From Solirubrobacteraceae bacterium (GTDB lineage Bacteria > Actinomycetota > Thermoleophilia > Solirubrobacterales > Solirubrobacteraceae): 64,000 nt of DNA. This document shows positions 27,238 through 36,986 of this stretch, piece by piece (the first letter of the stretch is position 1; each line of letters begins with the position of its first letter). The translations under genes and the position numbers were made by a program. The stretch covers positions 5,068 through 69,067 of the forward strand of contig JBIOTP010000097.1 of NCBI GenBank assembly GCA_044865965.1. The letters are read 5' to 3'. The notes below the pieces were generated by a model. It saw only the letters and a program-made list of their open reading frames with translations. It searched no databases and had not been told where the DNA came from.

Positions 27238-28118
27238 CCGCCCCGCTGGTCCCCGCCTCCGTCGACGAGGTCGCCGACGGCCTGCGGGCGGTCGGCTACC
27301 TGCCGGGCGAGTCGACCGCGCTCGTCGCCTATCTCGCCGCCCGCCTCGGCAAGCCCGTGCTCGTCGAGGGCCCCGCAGGGGTCGGCAAGACCGAGCTCGC
27401 GAAGGCGCTGGCGGCGTACCTGCGCCGCGGGCTCGTGCGCCTCCAGTGCTACGAGGGCCTCGACGAGGCCAAGGCGCTCTACGAGTGGAACTACCGCAAG
27501 CAGCTGCTGCGGATCCAGGCCGAGGCGGAGGGGACCGGCTGGGAGGCGGTGCAGGAGGACATCTTCGGCGAGGAGTTCCTGCTCCCGCGCCCGCTGCTGA
27601 CCGCGATCTCGGCCGAGGCGCCGGTCGTGCTGCTGATCGACGAGATCGACAAGACCGACCAGGAGTTCGAGGCGATGCTGCTCGAGCTGCTGTCGGACTT
27701 CCAGATCTCGATCCCCGAGCTGGGCCGGATCGCCGCCCGCTCGCACCCGGTCGTGATCCTCACCTCGAACAACTCGCGCGAGCTGACCGAGGCGCTCAAG
27801 CGCCGCTGCCTGTATTTGTGGCTCGACTACCCGAGCACCGAGCGCGAGCTCGAGATCGTCCGCCTGCACGCGCCCGAGCTGCCGGAGACGGTGGCGGCGC
27901 GGCTGGTGGAGGTGGTGGCGATGGTGCGCGATCTCGACCTCAAGAAGCCGCCCTCGATCGCGGAGTCGATCGACTGGGCGCGCGCGCTGCTGCTGCTCGG
28001 CGCCGAGGACATCTCGCCCGACGTGTTCAAGGCGACGATGTCGATCATCGTCAAGCACCGGACCGACCTCGACACGGTCGCCGAGCGGGTCGGCGTGCGC
28101 CTCGGCGCCGCCGCGTGA
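27234..28118 (+). CDS. MoxR/CoxD-type AAA+ ATPase
   Basis: EGPAGVGKTE, RLQCYEGLD, LLIDEIDK, ALKRRCL. Confidence 0.93.
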   Translation: MTAPLVPASVDEVADGLRAVGYLPGESTALVAYLAARLGKPVLVEGPAGVGKTELAKALAAYLRRGLVRLQCYEGLDEAKALYEWNYRKQLLRIQAEAEGTGWEAVQEDIFGEEFLLPRPLLTAISAEAPVVLLIDEIDKTDQEFEAMLLELLSDFQISIPELGRIAARSHPVVILTSNNSRELTEALKRRCLYLWLDYPSTERELEIVRLHAPELPETVAARLVEVVAMVRDLDLKKPPSIAESIDWARALLLLGAEDISPDVFKATMSIIVKHRTDLDTVAERVGVRLGAAA

Positions 28119-29494
28119 GCCTTCCGCGCCACGTCCTCGGCTTCGCCGACGCGCTGCGCTCCGAGGGCGTCGCGATCGGCACGTCGGAGCTCAATGACGC
28201 GTTCGCGGCGCTCGGCGAGGTCGGCTGGACGCAGCCGGGGCCGTTCCGGGAGGCGCTGGCGGCGACGCTCGCCAAGTCGCCCGAGGACCGGCGCGTGTTC
28301 GAGCTGATCTTCGAGCGCTACTTCTTCCGTGCCGCCGAGGGCGCGGCGATCGAGCAGGGGGTGCGCGAGGCCGGCGCGGCCGAGGAGCCGGCCGACGGCA
28401 TCACCGGCGGCGAGCGGATCGACTACGACGCCCTCCGCGAGCAGATCCTCGCGGCGATCCGCGCCGGCGACGAGGCCGCGATGCGCGACCTCGCCCGGCT
28501 CGCCATCGCCGCCTTCGGCCGCCGCGGCGAGGGCTCGGGCGTGCTCGGCGTCGACGTGCAGCGGATCCGGCGCGCCTTGGGACTGCGCTCGGAGCCGGGC
28601 GGGCTGGTCAAGGGCGAGGCCCCGAACGCCCCGCTGGAGGGACTCACCCGTGAGGAGATCCGCCGCTTCGAGGCGCACCTGCGGCGCGAGCTCGAGCGCG
28701 CCCAGATCGAGCGCACGCAGGCGCTGCCGCCGTCGCGGCCGCTGAACGAGCTCGACCGTGCTCTCCCGTCCGGCCCGCTGCAGGACCTCGCGGCCGTGCA
28801 CCGCGTCGTCGCCCAGCTCAAGCGGCGCCTCGCCACCCGGGGCCACCAGGCGCGCGGCCACCGCCACCACGCGCACGTCGACGTGCGCCGCACGATGCGC
28901 GCCTCGCTGGAGACCGGCGGCGTGCCGGTGGTTTTGAAATACCGGCCGCGGCGCCCGCGCCGGCCGGAGCTCTACGTGCTGTGCGACGTCTCCACGTCCG
29001 TCACCTCGGCGAGCGTCTTCTTCCTGAGCGTGCTGCACGCGCTGCACGACGCGTTCCGGCGGATGCGCTCGTTCGTGTTCGTGGAGCGGATCTCGGAGGT
29101 CACCGACGTGTTCGAGCGCGAGCGTTCGTTCAAGGCGGTCAGCGACGCGATCTCCCGCGACGCCGGGGTCGCCGACGTGTCCGGCTACACCGACTACGGG
29201 CGCGTCTGGAACGAGTTCCTGACGCTGGTCGAGGACGACCTGCACCCGCGCGCGACGGTGATCGTGCTCGGCGACGCCCGCACGAACGGGCGCGACCCGC
29301 GCGCCGACGTCTTCGCGCGCGTCGCCGACCGCGCCGGCCGCACGTTCTGGCTGAACCCCGAGCCGCGCCTGTACTGGAACTACGGCGACTCGGTGATCGC
29401 CGCCTACGAGCAGTTCTGCGAGGCGCACGAGTGCTGGACCACGCGCCAGCTCGAGGACTTCGTGCGCGCGCTCACCCGCCCGGCCTACGCCTGA
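28115..29494 (+). CDS. CoxE-like VWA-domain protein
   Basis: DVRRTMRAS, LCDVSTS, TDYG, LGDARTN, WLNPE. Confidence 0.88.
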   Translation: MSLPRHVLGFADALRSEGVAIGTSELNDAFAALGEVGWTQPGPFREALAATLAKSPEDRRVFELIFERYFFRAAEGAAIEQGVREAGAAEEPADGITGGERIDYDALREQILAAIRAGDEAAMRDLARLAIAAFGRRGEGSGVLGVDVQRIRRALGLRSEPGGLVKGEAPNAPLEGLTREEIRRFEAHLRRELERAQIERTQALPPSRPLNELDRALPSGPLQDLAAVHRVVAQLKRRLATRGHQARGHRHHAHVDVRRTMRASLETGGVPVVLKYRPRRPRRPELYVLCDVSTSVTSASVFFLSVLHALHDAFRRMRSFVFVERISEVTDVFERERSFKAVSDAISRDAGVADVSGYTDYGRVWNEFLTLVEDDLHPRATVIVLGDARTNGRDPRADVFARVADRAGRTFWLNPEPRLYWNYGDSVIAAYEQFCEAHECWTTRQLEDFVRALTRPAYA

Positions 29495-29522
29495 GCGCGG
29501 CCGGGCGGGCGAGACGGCGTGG

Positions 29523-31160
29523 TCAGCCGAGGATCTGCCGTGCGTGCAGCCGAAGCTGCTGGCGGACCTGCGGGGCGACGAGCGCCCGCTGCTGGACCTG
29601 CTGGGGCTGCGCGAACGGGATGTTCTGGCGGCAGCTCGTCCCCGGCGCCGGCAGCGTCAGGGTGTTGACGTAGCTCTCGATCGCGGTGTCGATGCAGTCC
29701 GGGCTTCCGTTCCCGTAGGCCGTGTGGCCGTCACCGCGCATCGTCAGCAGCCGGGCGTTGCCGAGGTCGCGGACGAGGCGCTGCGCGCCGCGGTACGTCG
29801 TCGCCGGGTCGTACGTGGTGGCGACCACGAGCGGCGTCGGCGATTGGTTCGAGGCCTTGAACGGGCCGTAGAACGCGTCCTTGTCGTGGATCGGATAGAG
29901 CCCGTAGTTGAGCTCGACGTAGCCGGTGTTGAAGTAGAAGTGGTCGAACATGCCGAACGCGTCGTCGCCGGCCTCGAAGTACGTGCCGAGGTCGCGCGTG
30001 TAGCGCTGCTCGCCGGCGCCGATCGTGAAGTAGAGATCGGTGCCGGGCGAGTACTGGCCCGTGTCGGGGTCGCGGCCGTAGAAGAACTCGTCCGTGAGCT
30101 GCCGGATGAGGCTGCCGTCGCCGCCCTGCGCGGCCGACAGCGCCTGTGCGAGCAGCGGCCACAGCTGCTTGGCGTACATCGGGACGACCGCCGCGGCGAT
30201 CACGTCGTCGCCCTTCACCGGCCGCGGGTCCGGCGTGTAGCCGGTGGCCGCAAGCGGATGGGCGTTGGCCTGGTCGATCAGCGAGTCATAGGCGTCCCAG
30301 GGATCCTTGCCGCCGAACCCGAGGCAGGCCGCCTGGTCGGCGGCGCAGGCCTGGAAGAAGCGGCCGAGCGCGCGCTCGAAGCCCGCGGTCTGCTCGCGCA
30401 GGCCCTGCATCGGCCGGTTGATGTAGTTGTCGGCGTCGAGTGGCCCGTCGAGCACCATCGCGCGGTAGTTGCGCGGGAACAGGCTCGCGTACGTGGCGCC
30501 GAGGAACGTGCCGTAGGAGAAGCCGAAGTAGTTGAGCTTGCGCTCGCCCAGGGCGTCTCGGAGCAGGTCCATGTCACGGGCGACGTTGGCCGTCGAGACG
30601 TGCGCCAGGATCCCGTCGTTGAGCGCGATGCAGCGCGCGATGTAGCGGCTGTCCTTCTGGATCAGCGCCCCCGGGTTGACGTTGAACGGCGTCTGGAAGG
30701 GCTCGGAGTAGATCCCCTGCGTCTCCTGGTTGGCCTTGCAGTCGATCGACGGCTGGCTCTGGCCGACACCGCGCGGATCCATCCCGATCAGGTCGAAGCG
30801 CTCGTTCAGCGCCGGGAACCCGTCGGCGCCGAAGGCCTCGATGAAGTCGGCGATCGAGGCGCCTGGCCCGCCGAAGTTCAGGAACAGCGTGCCGATCCGG
30901 TGCGCCTTGTCCGTGGCGGGCGAGCGGGCGACGAACAGGTTGACCTTGCCGTCGTTCGGCCGGTCGTAGTCCAGCGGGGCGCGCAGGACCGCGCACTGGA
31001 CATTTGGCGCGTCGCCACACGCCTTGAAGCTCAGCGACGGGGACTGGTCGTGCGAGGCGGGCGCGGACGGCGCCCCCACGAGCAGCGCGCCGGCGGCGGC
31101 GCATACGGACACGAGCAGCCGTCCAGGCCGCAGTGGAGCAACGATCATCAAACCTCCCAT
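29523..31160 (-). CDS. Secreted alpha/beta hydrolase (TAP-like peptidase)
   Basis: Signal peptide, NFGGPG, DPRGVG, GFSYG, YDPAT, GDGH. Confidence 0.9.
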   Translation of the reverse strand: MGGLMIVAPLRPGRLLVSVCAAAGALLVGAPSAPASHDQSPSLSFKACGDAPNVQCAVLRAPLDYDRPNDGKVNLFVARSPATDKAHRIGTLFLNFGGPGASIADFIEAFGADGFPALNERFDLIGMDPRGVGQSQPSIDCKANQETQGIYSEPFQTPFNVNPGALIQKDSRYIARCIALNDGILAHVSTANVARDMDLLRDALGERKLNYFGFSYGTFLGATYASLFPRNYRAMVLDGPLDADNYINRPMQGLREQTAGFERALGRFFQACAADQAACLGFGGKDPWDAYDSLIDQANAHPLAATGYTPDPRPVKGDDVIAAAVVPMYAKQLWPLLAQALSAAQGGDGSLIRQLTDEFFYGRDPDTGQYSPGTDLYFTIGAGEQRYTRDLGTYFEAGDDAFGMFDHFYFNTGYVELNYGLYPIHDKDAFYGPFKASNQSPTPLVVATTYDPATTYRGAQRLVRDLGNARLLTMRGDGHTAYGNGSPDCIDTAIESYVNTLTLPAPGTSCRQNIPFAQPQQVQQRALVAPQVRQQLRLHARQILG

Positions 31161-31273
31161 CCCTCTCGGGACGGGAGCCGAGCGGCACCCGCCCCTCTTT
31201 CTGGTCAGGACCCTATCCGCGCGGCGCCCCCGGGTGCAGGAGATGGCGGATTAGGATCCGGTTGACCTTGGGG

Positions 31274-31292
31274 GCCGGGGTCAGACCCCGGC
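31274..31292. repeat. Second GGGGTC(A/T)GACCCC palindrome
   Basis: GCCGGGGTC-A-GACCCCGGC. Confidence 0.7.
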
Positions 31293-31328
31293 GCGGGCGC
31301 GTAGTCGCTCGCGGGATCCGACCCCGTC

Positions 31329-32426
31329 CTACGCCCGCCGCGCCCGGTAGGCGTGCACGGGCGAAGAGATGCCCTTGAGCTTCTTGGCGCCGGCGTCCGA
31401 GAACGCGAACGCGTCGCCGGCGGCCTCGCGGATCGCGTCGGTGACCAGCACGGACGCGGGGCGCGCGCGTGTGGTGAGCCGGCTCGCGAGGTTGACCGGC
31501 GCGCCGAACCAGTCGCCCCAGCGGTGCACGGCCTGGCCCGACGCCACCCCGGCGCGCAGCGGCGGGAGGTTCGCGTCGTCGCCGGCGGCGTCCACGAGCC
31601 GCAGCGTGGTGTCGAGCATCGGCACCGGCTCGGGGCACACGAGCATCACCGCGTCGCCGATGAGCTTGACGAGCCGCACCGGCGGGTCGACCGCCTCGGC
31701 CGCGAGCCGCGAGAGCCGCCCCGCCACGCCCCCGAGCTCCTCGACCGGGACGCTCTCGCCGAGCTCCGTGAAGCCCACGACGTCGGCGAACGCCACCACC
31801 GTCTCGCGCGTGTCGTCGAGCCGGCCGGTGCGGCGCTGCTCCTCGGTGATCGCGTCGGTGCGCAGGCTCTGCTGGAGGTGCATGGCGAACACGTGCTCCA
31901 GCCACGGCCCGGCGAGCGGCATCAGCTGCTCGGCCACCGCGCAGTAGCGGCGGGCGAGCTCGTGCTCGTCCAGGCCGGGCTCCATGAACGTGCGCGCCAC
32001 GAGCGCCCGCGTGGCCTCGGCGTAGGCGCTCATCCCCTGCCCGAGCACGCGCGTGACCTCGAGCGCGTCCTCGTCCGCGAACCCGGCCTCGCGATGGCTG
32101 CGGCCGAGCCTGGCCGCCTCGAGGTCCTGCTCGCCGAAGATCCGGTCGTCGAGCCCGGGGACGGGCAGCCCGAGCGCGCGCCGGCTGGCAGCCAGGAAGT
32201 CGATCTCGACCCCGGAGAGCTCGGACAGCTCGCGCGCCGTGTAGCGCGCCTCGCCGCTGAGATAGCGCTCGACGGGGAGCAGCACCAGCCGGTCCTCGGC
32301 CACCGCCCGCCTGAGCTCCTCGACGCCCGCGCCCTTCTCCGCCAGCTCGTCCAGCAGCCGGGCCCGAGCGGCGCGCGCGGCGTCGTCCTCGAGCCCTTCG
32401 AGCAGGCCTTCGGCCTCCCAGTCCAT
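31329..32426 (-). CDS. Class III adenylate cyclase with N-terminal regulatory domain (Rv1264-like)
   Basis: MDWEAEGLL..RARLLDEL N-terminus; FADVVGFT, VKLIGDAVM, DWFGAPVNLASR. Confidence 0.9.
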   Translation of the reverse strand: MDWEAEGLLEGLEDDAARAARARLLDELAEKGAGVEELRRAVAEDRLVLLPVERYLSGEARYTARELSELSGVEIDFLAASRRALGLPVPGLDDRIFGEQDLEAARLGRSHREAGFADEDALEVTRVLGQGMSAYAEATRALVARTFMEPGLDEHELARRYCAVAEQLMPLAGPWLEHVFAMHLQQSLRTDAITEEQRRTGRLDDTRETVVAFADVVGFTELGESVPVEELGGVAGRLSRLAAEAVDPPVRLVKLIGDAVMLVCPEPVPMLDTTLRLVDAAGDDANLPPLRAGVASGQAVHRWGDWFGAPVNLASRLTTRARPASVLVTDAIREAAGDAFAFSDAGAKKLKGISSPVHAYRARRA

Positions 32427-32495
32427 GGCTCCGGCAGACGGTACAGGGCGGCGCGCCCGCGCGATCCAGGTTGTTAGGCTGCTGGTCATCTGAAA

Positions 32496-32583
32496 CAGGG
32501 GGGCTGGGAGGATCGCCCGGCTGAGATAGCGCCCGTCCGGCGCTGACCCTTCGAACCTGTGGGGTAATGCCCGCGGAGGGAGC
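32496..32583 (+). promoter_or_regulatory. TPP riboswitch
   Basis: GGGG..GCTGAGA..GACCC..GAACCTG..GGTAATGCC.GCGGAGGGA upstream of a thiamine-precursor ABC transporter. Confidence 0.92.
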
Positions 32584-32584
32584 G

Positions 32585-33349
32585 ATGCGGATCGATGTCG
32601 AGGCTCCCGAGAGGGAGCCTCGTGACGTAAAGCCGGACGACGGAGTCGTCGTGGCCGGCGTGCGCAAGGCGTTCGGGCGCGTGCTGGCGCTCGACGGGAT
32701 CGACGTGCGGGTCGCGGCGCACGAGGTCGTCGCCGTGGTGGGGCCGAGCGGGTGCGGGAAGTCGACGCTGCTCGAGCTGGTGTGCGGCCTCGCCGCGTCC
32801 GACGCCGGGACCGTGAGCTCGCCGCCCGCGGCGCTGATGCCGCAGCGCGACGGGCTGCTGCCGTGGCTGAACGCGCTCGACAACGCGGCGCTGGCGCGGC
32901 GGGTCAAGGGCGACTCGCGGGCGCAGGCGCGCGCGGCCGCGCACCGGCACTTCGCGGCGTTCGGGCTCGAGGGCTTCGAGCGCGCGCGGCCGGGCGAGCT
33001 CTCGGGCGGGATGCGCCAGCGCGTGGCGTTCCTGCGGACGCTGCTGGCCGGGCGGCCGGTGCTGTGCCTCGACGAGCCGTTCGCGTCGCTGGACGCGCTC
33101 ACGCGCGGGCAGATGCAGAGCTGGCTCGCCGATGCGCTGGCGCGCGAGCCGCGGACGGTGCTGCTCGTCACCCACGACGTCGAGGAGGCGGTGCTGCTGG
33201 CAGACCGGATCGTGCTGCTGTCGGCGCGGCCCGGGCGCGTGGTCGCGACGCTCGACGTCGCGCTGCCGCGGCCCCGCGCGCGGACCGACCTCGGAGTGGT
33301 CGAGCTGCGCGAGCGCGCGCTGAAGGCGCTCGGCGGGGGGACGGGCTGA
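32585..33349 (+). CDS. ABC transporter ATP-binding protein (ThiZ/NitT-like)
   Basis: GPSGCGKS, LSGGMRQR, LDEPF, VTHD. Confidence 0.93.
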   Translation: MRIDVEAPEREPRDVKPDDGVVVAGVRKAFGRVLALDGIDVRVAAHEVVAVVGPSGCGKSTLLELVCGLAASDAGTVSSPPAALMPQRDGLLPWLNALDNAALARRVKGDSRAQARAAAHRHFAAFGLEGFERARPGELSGGMRQRVAFLRTLLAGRPVLCLDEPFASLDALTRGQMQSWLADALAREPRTVLLVTHDVEEAVLLADRIVLLSARPGRVVATLDVALPRPRARTDLGVVELRERALKALGGGTG

Positions 33350-35097
33350 TGGCCCCCGCGGTGTTCGTGCTCGCGCTGCTCGGCGGCTGGGAGCTGCTCG
33401 TGCGCCTCGGCGCCATCGACCCGCTGCTGGTGCCGGCGCCCAGCCAGGTCGCGCAGTCGCTGTGGGAGGACCGCGCCGTGCTCGCCCCGGACCTGCTCGT
33501 GACGAGCTGGGAGGTGCTGCTCGGGCTCGCCGGGGCGCTCGTCCTGGGCGCCGCGCTGGCGCTCGCCATGCACCTCTCCTCCACCGTCGAGCGCACCCTG
33601 CGGCCGCTCGTGATCGGCTCGCAGGCGGTCCCGATGCCGGTGATCGCGCCGGTCGTGGTCCTGATCCTCGGCTTCGGGATCGGCCCGAAGATCCTCATGG
33701 TCGCGCTGGTCTGCTTCTTCCCCGTCACGATCAACCTCTACGACGGGTTGCGCGACGTCGACCCCGACGCGCTCAAGCTGCTGCGCTCGCTGGACGCCTC
33801 GCGCTGGCAGAGCCTGCGCTTCCTCGAGGCGCCGGCGGCGCTGCCGGCCGCGTTCACCGGCGTCAAGGTGGCCGCCGCGGTGGCGGTGATCGGCGCCGTG
33901 TTCGGGGAGTGGTCGGGCTCCGACTCCGGGCTGGGCCACACGCTGCTGACCGCCAACGGGCAGCTCGAGACGCCGCGCGCGTTCGCCGCCACGGCGCTGC
34001 TGTTCGCGATGGCGATCGTCCTCTACGCCGCCTTCGCGGCGCTCGAGCGCCGCGTCATCTCGTGGACGCCGCGCGCCCGCGGGCGCCGCGGCGTCGTCGT
34101 CGCCGCGGCGCTCCTGCTCGCGCTCGTGCTCGCCGGCTGCGGCGAGAAGCGGGAGCCGACCGGGCCGGGGAAGCGCGAGCCGTTCACGCTCATGCTCGAC
34201 TACTTCCCGAACGCCGACCACGCCGGGATCTACGCCGCCCAGGCCGCCGGCCTGTACGCCAAGGCGGGGCTGAACGTCAAGATCGAGACGCCGCCGGACC
34301 CCTCGGCGCCGCTGAAGCTCCTGCGGGCGGGCCGCGCGGACGTCGCGATCTCCTACGAGCCCGAGCTGCTGCTCGCGCGCGACCACGGCGCGGACAACCT
34401 GGTCTCGGCCGGCGCGCTCGTGCAGGTCCCGCTGACGTCGCTGATGGCGCTCGGGTCCGCGCACATCGCCTCGCCGCGCGACCTCGCCGGCAAGCGCGTC
34501 GGCACGTCGGGGATCTCGTATCAGCACGCCTACCTGCAGACGATCCTGCGCCGCGCCGGCGTCGATCCCGCGCGCGTGAAGGAGACCAACGTCGGCTTCA
34601 ACCTCGTGCCGGCGATGCTCTCGAAGAAGGCCGACGCGACGCTCGGGGCGTTCTGGAACTACGAGGGCGTCGACCTCGAGCGCCGCCACCGGCGCCCGGT
34701 AATTCTGCGCATGGAGAAGCTCGGCGTGCCGACCTACAACGAGCTGATCCTCGTCGTCCGCAGCGGCGACCTCAACGAGGCCGGCGCGTCGCGGCTGCGG
34801 CGCTTCCTGCAGGCGACGGCCGACGGCTACCGGCTGCTCAAGCGTGACCCGTCGATCGGCGTCGACGCGCTCGTGAAGGCCTCTCACGGACTCGACGCCG
34901 GGCTCCAGGAGGCATCCGTGCGCGCGACGATGCCGGCGTTCTTCCCCAAGGACAAGTCGCTGCCGTGGGGCTGGCAGGAGCCGACCGAGTGGGCCGCCTA
35001 CGAGCGCTGGATGCGCGCCAACCGGCTGCTCACGCGGCCGCCGGCCGACGTGCCCCCGCTGACCAACGAGTTCTTGCCCGGGCAGACGAGCCGTTGA
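33349..35097 (+). CDS. Fused ABC permease + NMT1/THI5-like substrate-binding protein (ThiX-ThiY)
   Basis: TM permease with EW..SGLG, then LAGC and LDYFPNADHAGIY, AISYEP in a single frame. Confidence 0.85.
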   Translation: MAPAVFVLALLGGWELLVRLGAIDPLLVPAPSQVAQSLWEDRAVLAPDLLVTSWEVLLGLAGALVLGAALALAMHLSSTVERTLRPLVIGSQAVPMPVIAPVVVLILGFGIGPKILMVALVCFFPVTINLYDGLRDVDPDALKLLRSLDASRWQSLRFLEAPAALPAAFTGVKVAAAVAVIGAVFGEWSGSDSGLGHTLLTANGQLETPRAFAATALLFAMAIVLYAAFAALERRVISWTPRARGRRGVVVAAALLLALVLAGCGEKREPTGPGKREPFTLMLDYFPNADHAGIYAAQAAGLYAKAGLNVKIETPPDPSAPLKLLRAGRADVAISYEPELLLARDHGADNLVSAGALVQVPLTSLMALGSAHIASPRDLAGKRVGTSGISYQHAYLQTILRRAGVDPARVKETNVGFNLVPAMLSKKADATLGAFWNYEGVDLERRHRRPVILRMEKLGVPTYNELILVVRSGDLNEAGASRLRRFLQATADGYRLLKRDPSIGVDALVKASHGLDAGLQEASVRATMPAFFPKDKSLPWGWQEPTEWAAYERWMRANRLLTRPPADVPPLTNEFLPGQTSR

Positions 35098-36043
35098 GCC
35101 GGCCGGAGGCGGCCGCGTAGCGCAAGTACTCGCCGGCGAGCCCGGCCCAGGGCGCGTAGGCGGCGAAGAAGCCGCGCACCTCGGCCTCGTCCGCGATCGC
35201 GCGCGGGTGCCCGGCGGACAGGCGGCCGACGAGCTCGAGGTAGCCGAGGTCGCCCGCCGGCACGACGTCGAGCCGCCCGAGGCCGTGCAGCGCCAGCATC
35301 TCCACCGTCCACGGCCCGATCTCCGGGATCGCCCGCAGCCGGCGGAGATCCGCGTCCAAGGGCCGAGAATCGCCCGTCCGGCGTAGATCCGCGTCCAGGG
35401 GCCGAGAATCGCCCGTCCGGCGGAGATCGGCGTCCAGCGGCCAAGGCGGGCGCTGGAGCTCCACCCGGCCCGCGGCGACCTCGCGCGCGGCGCGACGCAT
35501 CGCCAGCGCGCGCTTCTCGGCCAGCCCGAGCGAGACCAGGCGCGCCGGCGCCTGCGCGGCCACCGTCCCGGCGTCGGGCGCGTCGCGCAGCCCCGTGCGC
35601 CGGCAGCGGCGGCCGAGCGCGCCGATCATCCGGCGCTGGATCGCGCTCGCCCGGTCGACGTCGATCAGCTGCCCGGCGATCGCCCACGCCAGCGCGACCC
35701 ACGGCTCGGGCTGGCGGCGCACGCGCAGCGTCGGGTCGGCGCGGATCGCGCGGCCGAGCAGCGGGTCGGCGCGAAAGCGCGCGTGGAAGGGCGCGAGGTC
35801 GTCGTCCACGCCGGTCGCGAACCGCAGCCGGGCGATGCCCTCGCGCGCGCCCTCCTCCGAGGCGGCCCGGGCCGCGAATGCGACCTCGTCGCGCCCCGCG
35901 CGGGCGACGGCCACCACCACCGGCTCCCCGCCGACGTGCACGAGCCGGACGAGCCCGTTCCCGCGCCGGCGGAGCAGCCCGTCCATCGACGGCCGCGGCA
36001 GGCGGAACGGCCACGGCGGCCGTACGACTTCGGTGATCAGCAC
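35030..36043 (-). CDS. alkA: DNA-3-methyladenine glycosylase II family protein
   Basis: AIAGQLI, HhH LRAIPEIGPWT, PAGDLG. Confidence 0.8.
   Translation of the reverse strand: MLITEVVRPPWPFRLPRPSMDGLLRRRGNGLVRLVHVGGEPVVVAVARAGRDEVAFAARAASEEGAREGIARLRFATGVDDDLAPFHARFRADPLLGRAIRADPTLRVRRQPEPWVALAWAIAGQLIDVDRASAIQRRMIGALGRRCRRTGLRDAPDAGTVAAQAPARLVSLGLAEKRALAMRRAAREVAAGRVELQRPPWPLDADLRRTGDSRPLDADLRRTGDSRPLDADLRRLRAIPEIGPWTVEMLALHGLGRLDVVPAGDLGYLELVGRLSAGHPRAIADEAEVRGFFAAYAPWAGLAGEYLRYAAASGRLNGSSARARTRWSAGARRPAAA
35339..35442. repeat. 39-bp tandem repeat (~2.7 copies) inside alkA
   Basis: PLDADLRRTGDSR x2 + PLDADLRR; units start 35339, 35378, 35417. Confidence 0.88.
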
Positions 36044-36044
36044 A

Positions 36045-36332
36045 TCAGTCCCTGCGCAAAAGGTGCACGTCTATGAGGAACGAGTTGGAGCTCACGATCT
36101 CCCCCAGCGGACCCGCCTTCTTCCTCTTGCGCCGCCGCACCGCGCGCCGGTGCGTGACCACCGCGGCGGTCGCCGCACCGGCTACGAACCCGGTCGCCGC
36201 CAGGGCGGCCGCCTGCCGGGCCGGCACCACCGCGCCCGCGGCGGGGCGCTGCTCGACGACGCGCGGCTCGGCCACGACCGGGAGCGCGTCGACGACCTCC
36301 TCGACCTCGGTACTCGCGTCCTCGTCCAGCAC
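36045..36332 (-). CDS. Small hypothetical protein
   Basis: Hydrophobic stretch, basic patch, SFLIDVHLL C-terminus; fits between neighbours. Confidence 0.6.
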   Translation of the reverse strand: MLDEDASTEVEEVVDALPVVAEPRVVEQRPAAGAVVPARQAAALAATGFVAGAATAAVVTHRRAVRRRKRKKAGPLGEIVSSNSFLIDVHLLRRD

Positions 36333-36344
36333 GGACGACTGACC

Positions 36345-36959
36345 CTAGCGTCCGCGCCGGACGGGCGTAGTCCCGAACACCCGGTCCCAGTACGGCGCGC
36401 TGATCCCGAACCCGCGCTCGTCGTCCTGGAAGTGGTGGCGCATGTGCAGCTCGCGCAGCGCCTTCCCCACCCGCGTCCGCGGCGTCCCGTGGTGGGTGTG
36501 GTAGTGGATCATGTCGTAGATCAGGTACCCGCCGATGAAGCCGGCGCCGAACGCCGTCGCCCGGTCCGCGCCCAGCACGAGCCAGAACAGCGCGTAGAAG
36601 AGGATCGCCATCGGGATCGACGCCGCCGGCGGCATCACGAGCCGCAGCGGGTCGTTCGGGTGGTCGTGGTGGACGCCGTGGATCATCCAGTGCAGCCGCG
36701 CCCCCAGGCCCTTCTCGGGCTCGAAGTGGAAGATCAGGCGGTGGATCCAGTACTCGGCGAGCGTCCACGTGGCGTAGCCGGCGAGGGCGAGCAGGAGCGC
36801 CGTCAGCACGCCGAGCCGGCCGATGCCGAGGACGAGCAGCCAGACGATGACGGGCGCGTAGATCACCACAGGGACGAGGTGATGGACGCGCGTGAAGCGA
36901 TCGAGCAGCCCCGACCTGAACATCGGGGGCGACGCCTTCAGTTGCTCGGAGCGGTCCAT
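36345..36959 (-). CDS. FA2H/Scs7-like fatty-acid (sphingolipid) alpha-hydroxylase
   Basis: EYWIHRLIFH, HGVHHDHPNDPLRLVMPP, YDMIHYHTHH, HMRHHF, FGISAPYWDRVFGT. Confidence 0.85.
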   Translation of the reverse strand: MDRSEQLKASPPMFRSGLLDRFTRVHHLVPVVIYAPVIVWLLVLGIGRLGVLTALLLALAGYATWTLAEYWIHRLIFHFEPEKGLGARLHWMIHGVHHDHPNDPLRLVMPPAASIPMAILFYALFWLVLGADRATAFGAGFIGGYLIYDMIHYHTHHGTPRTRVGKALRELHMRHHFQDDERGFGISAPYWDRVFGTTPVRRGR

Positions 36960-36986
36960 GGCCGGAACCCTACAAGTAAGGGCGCC

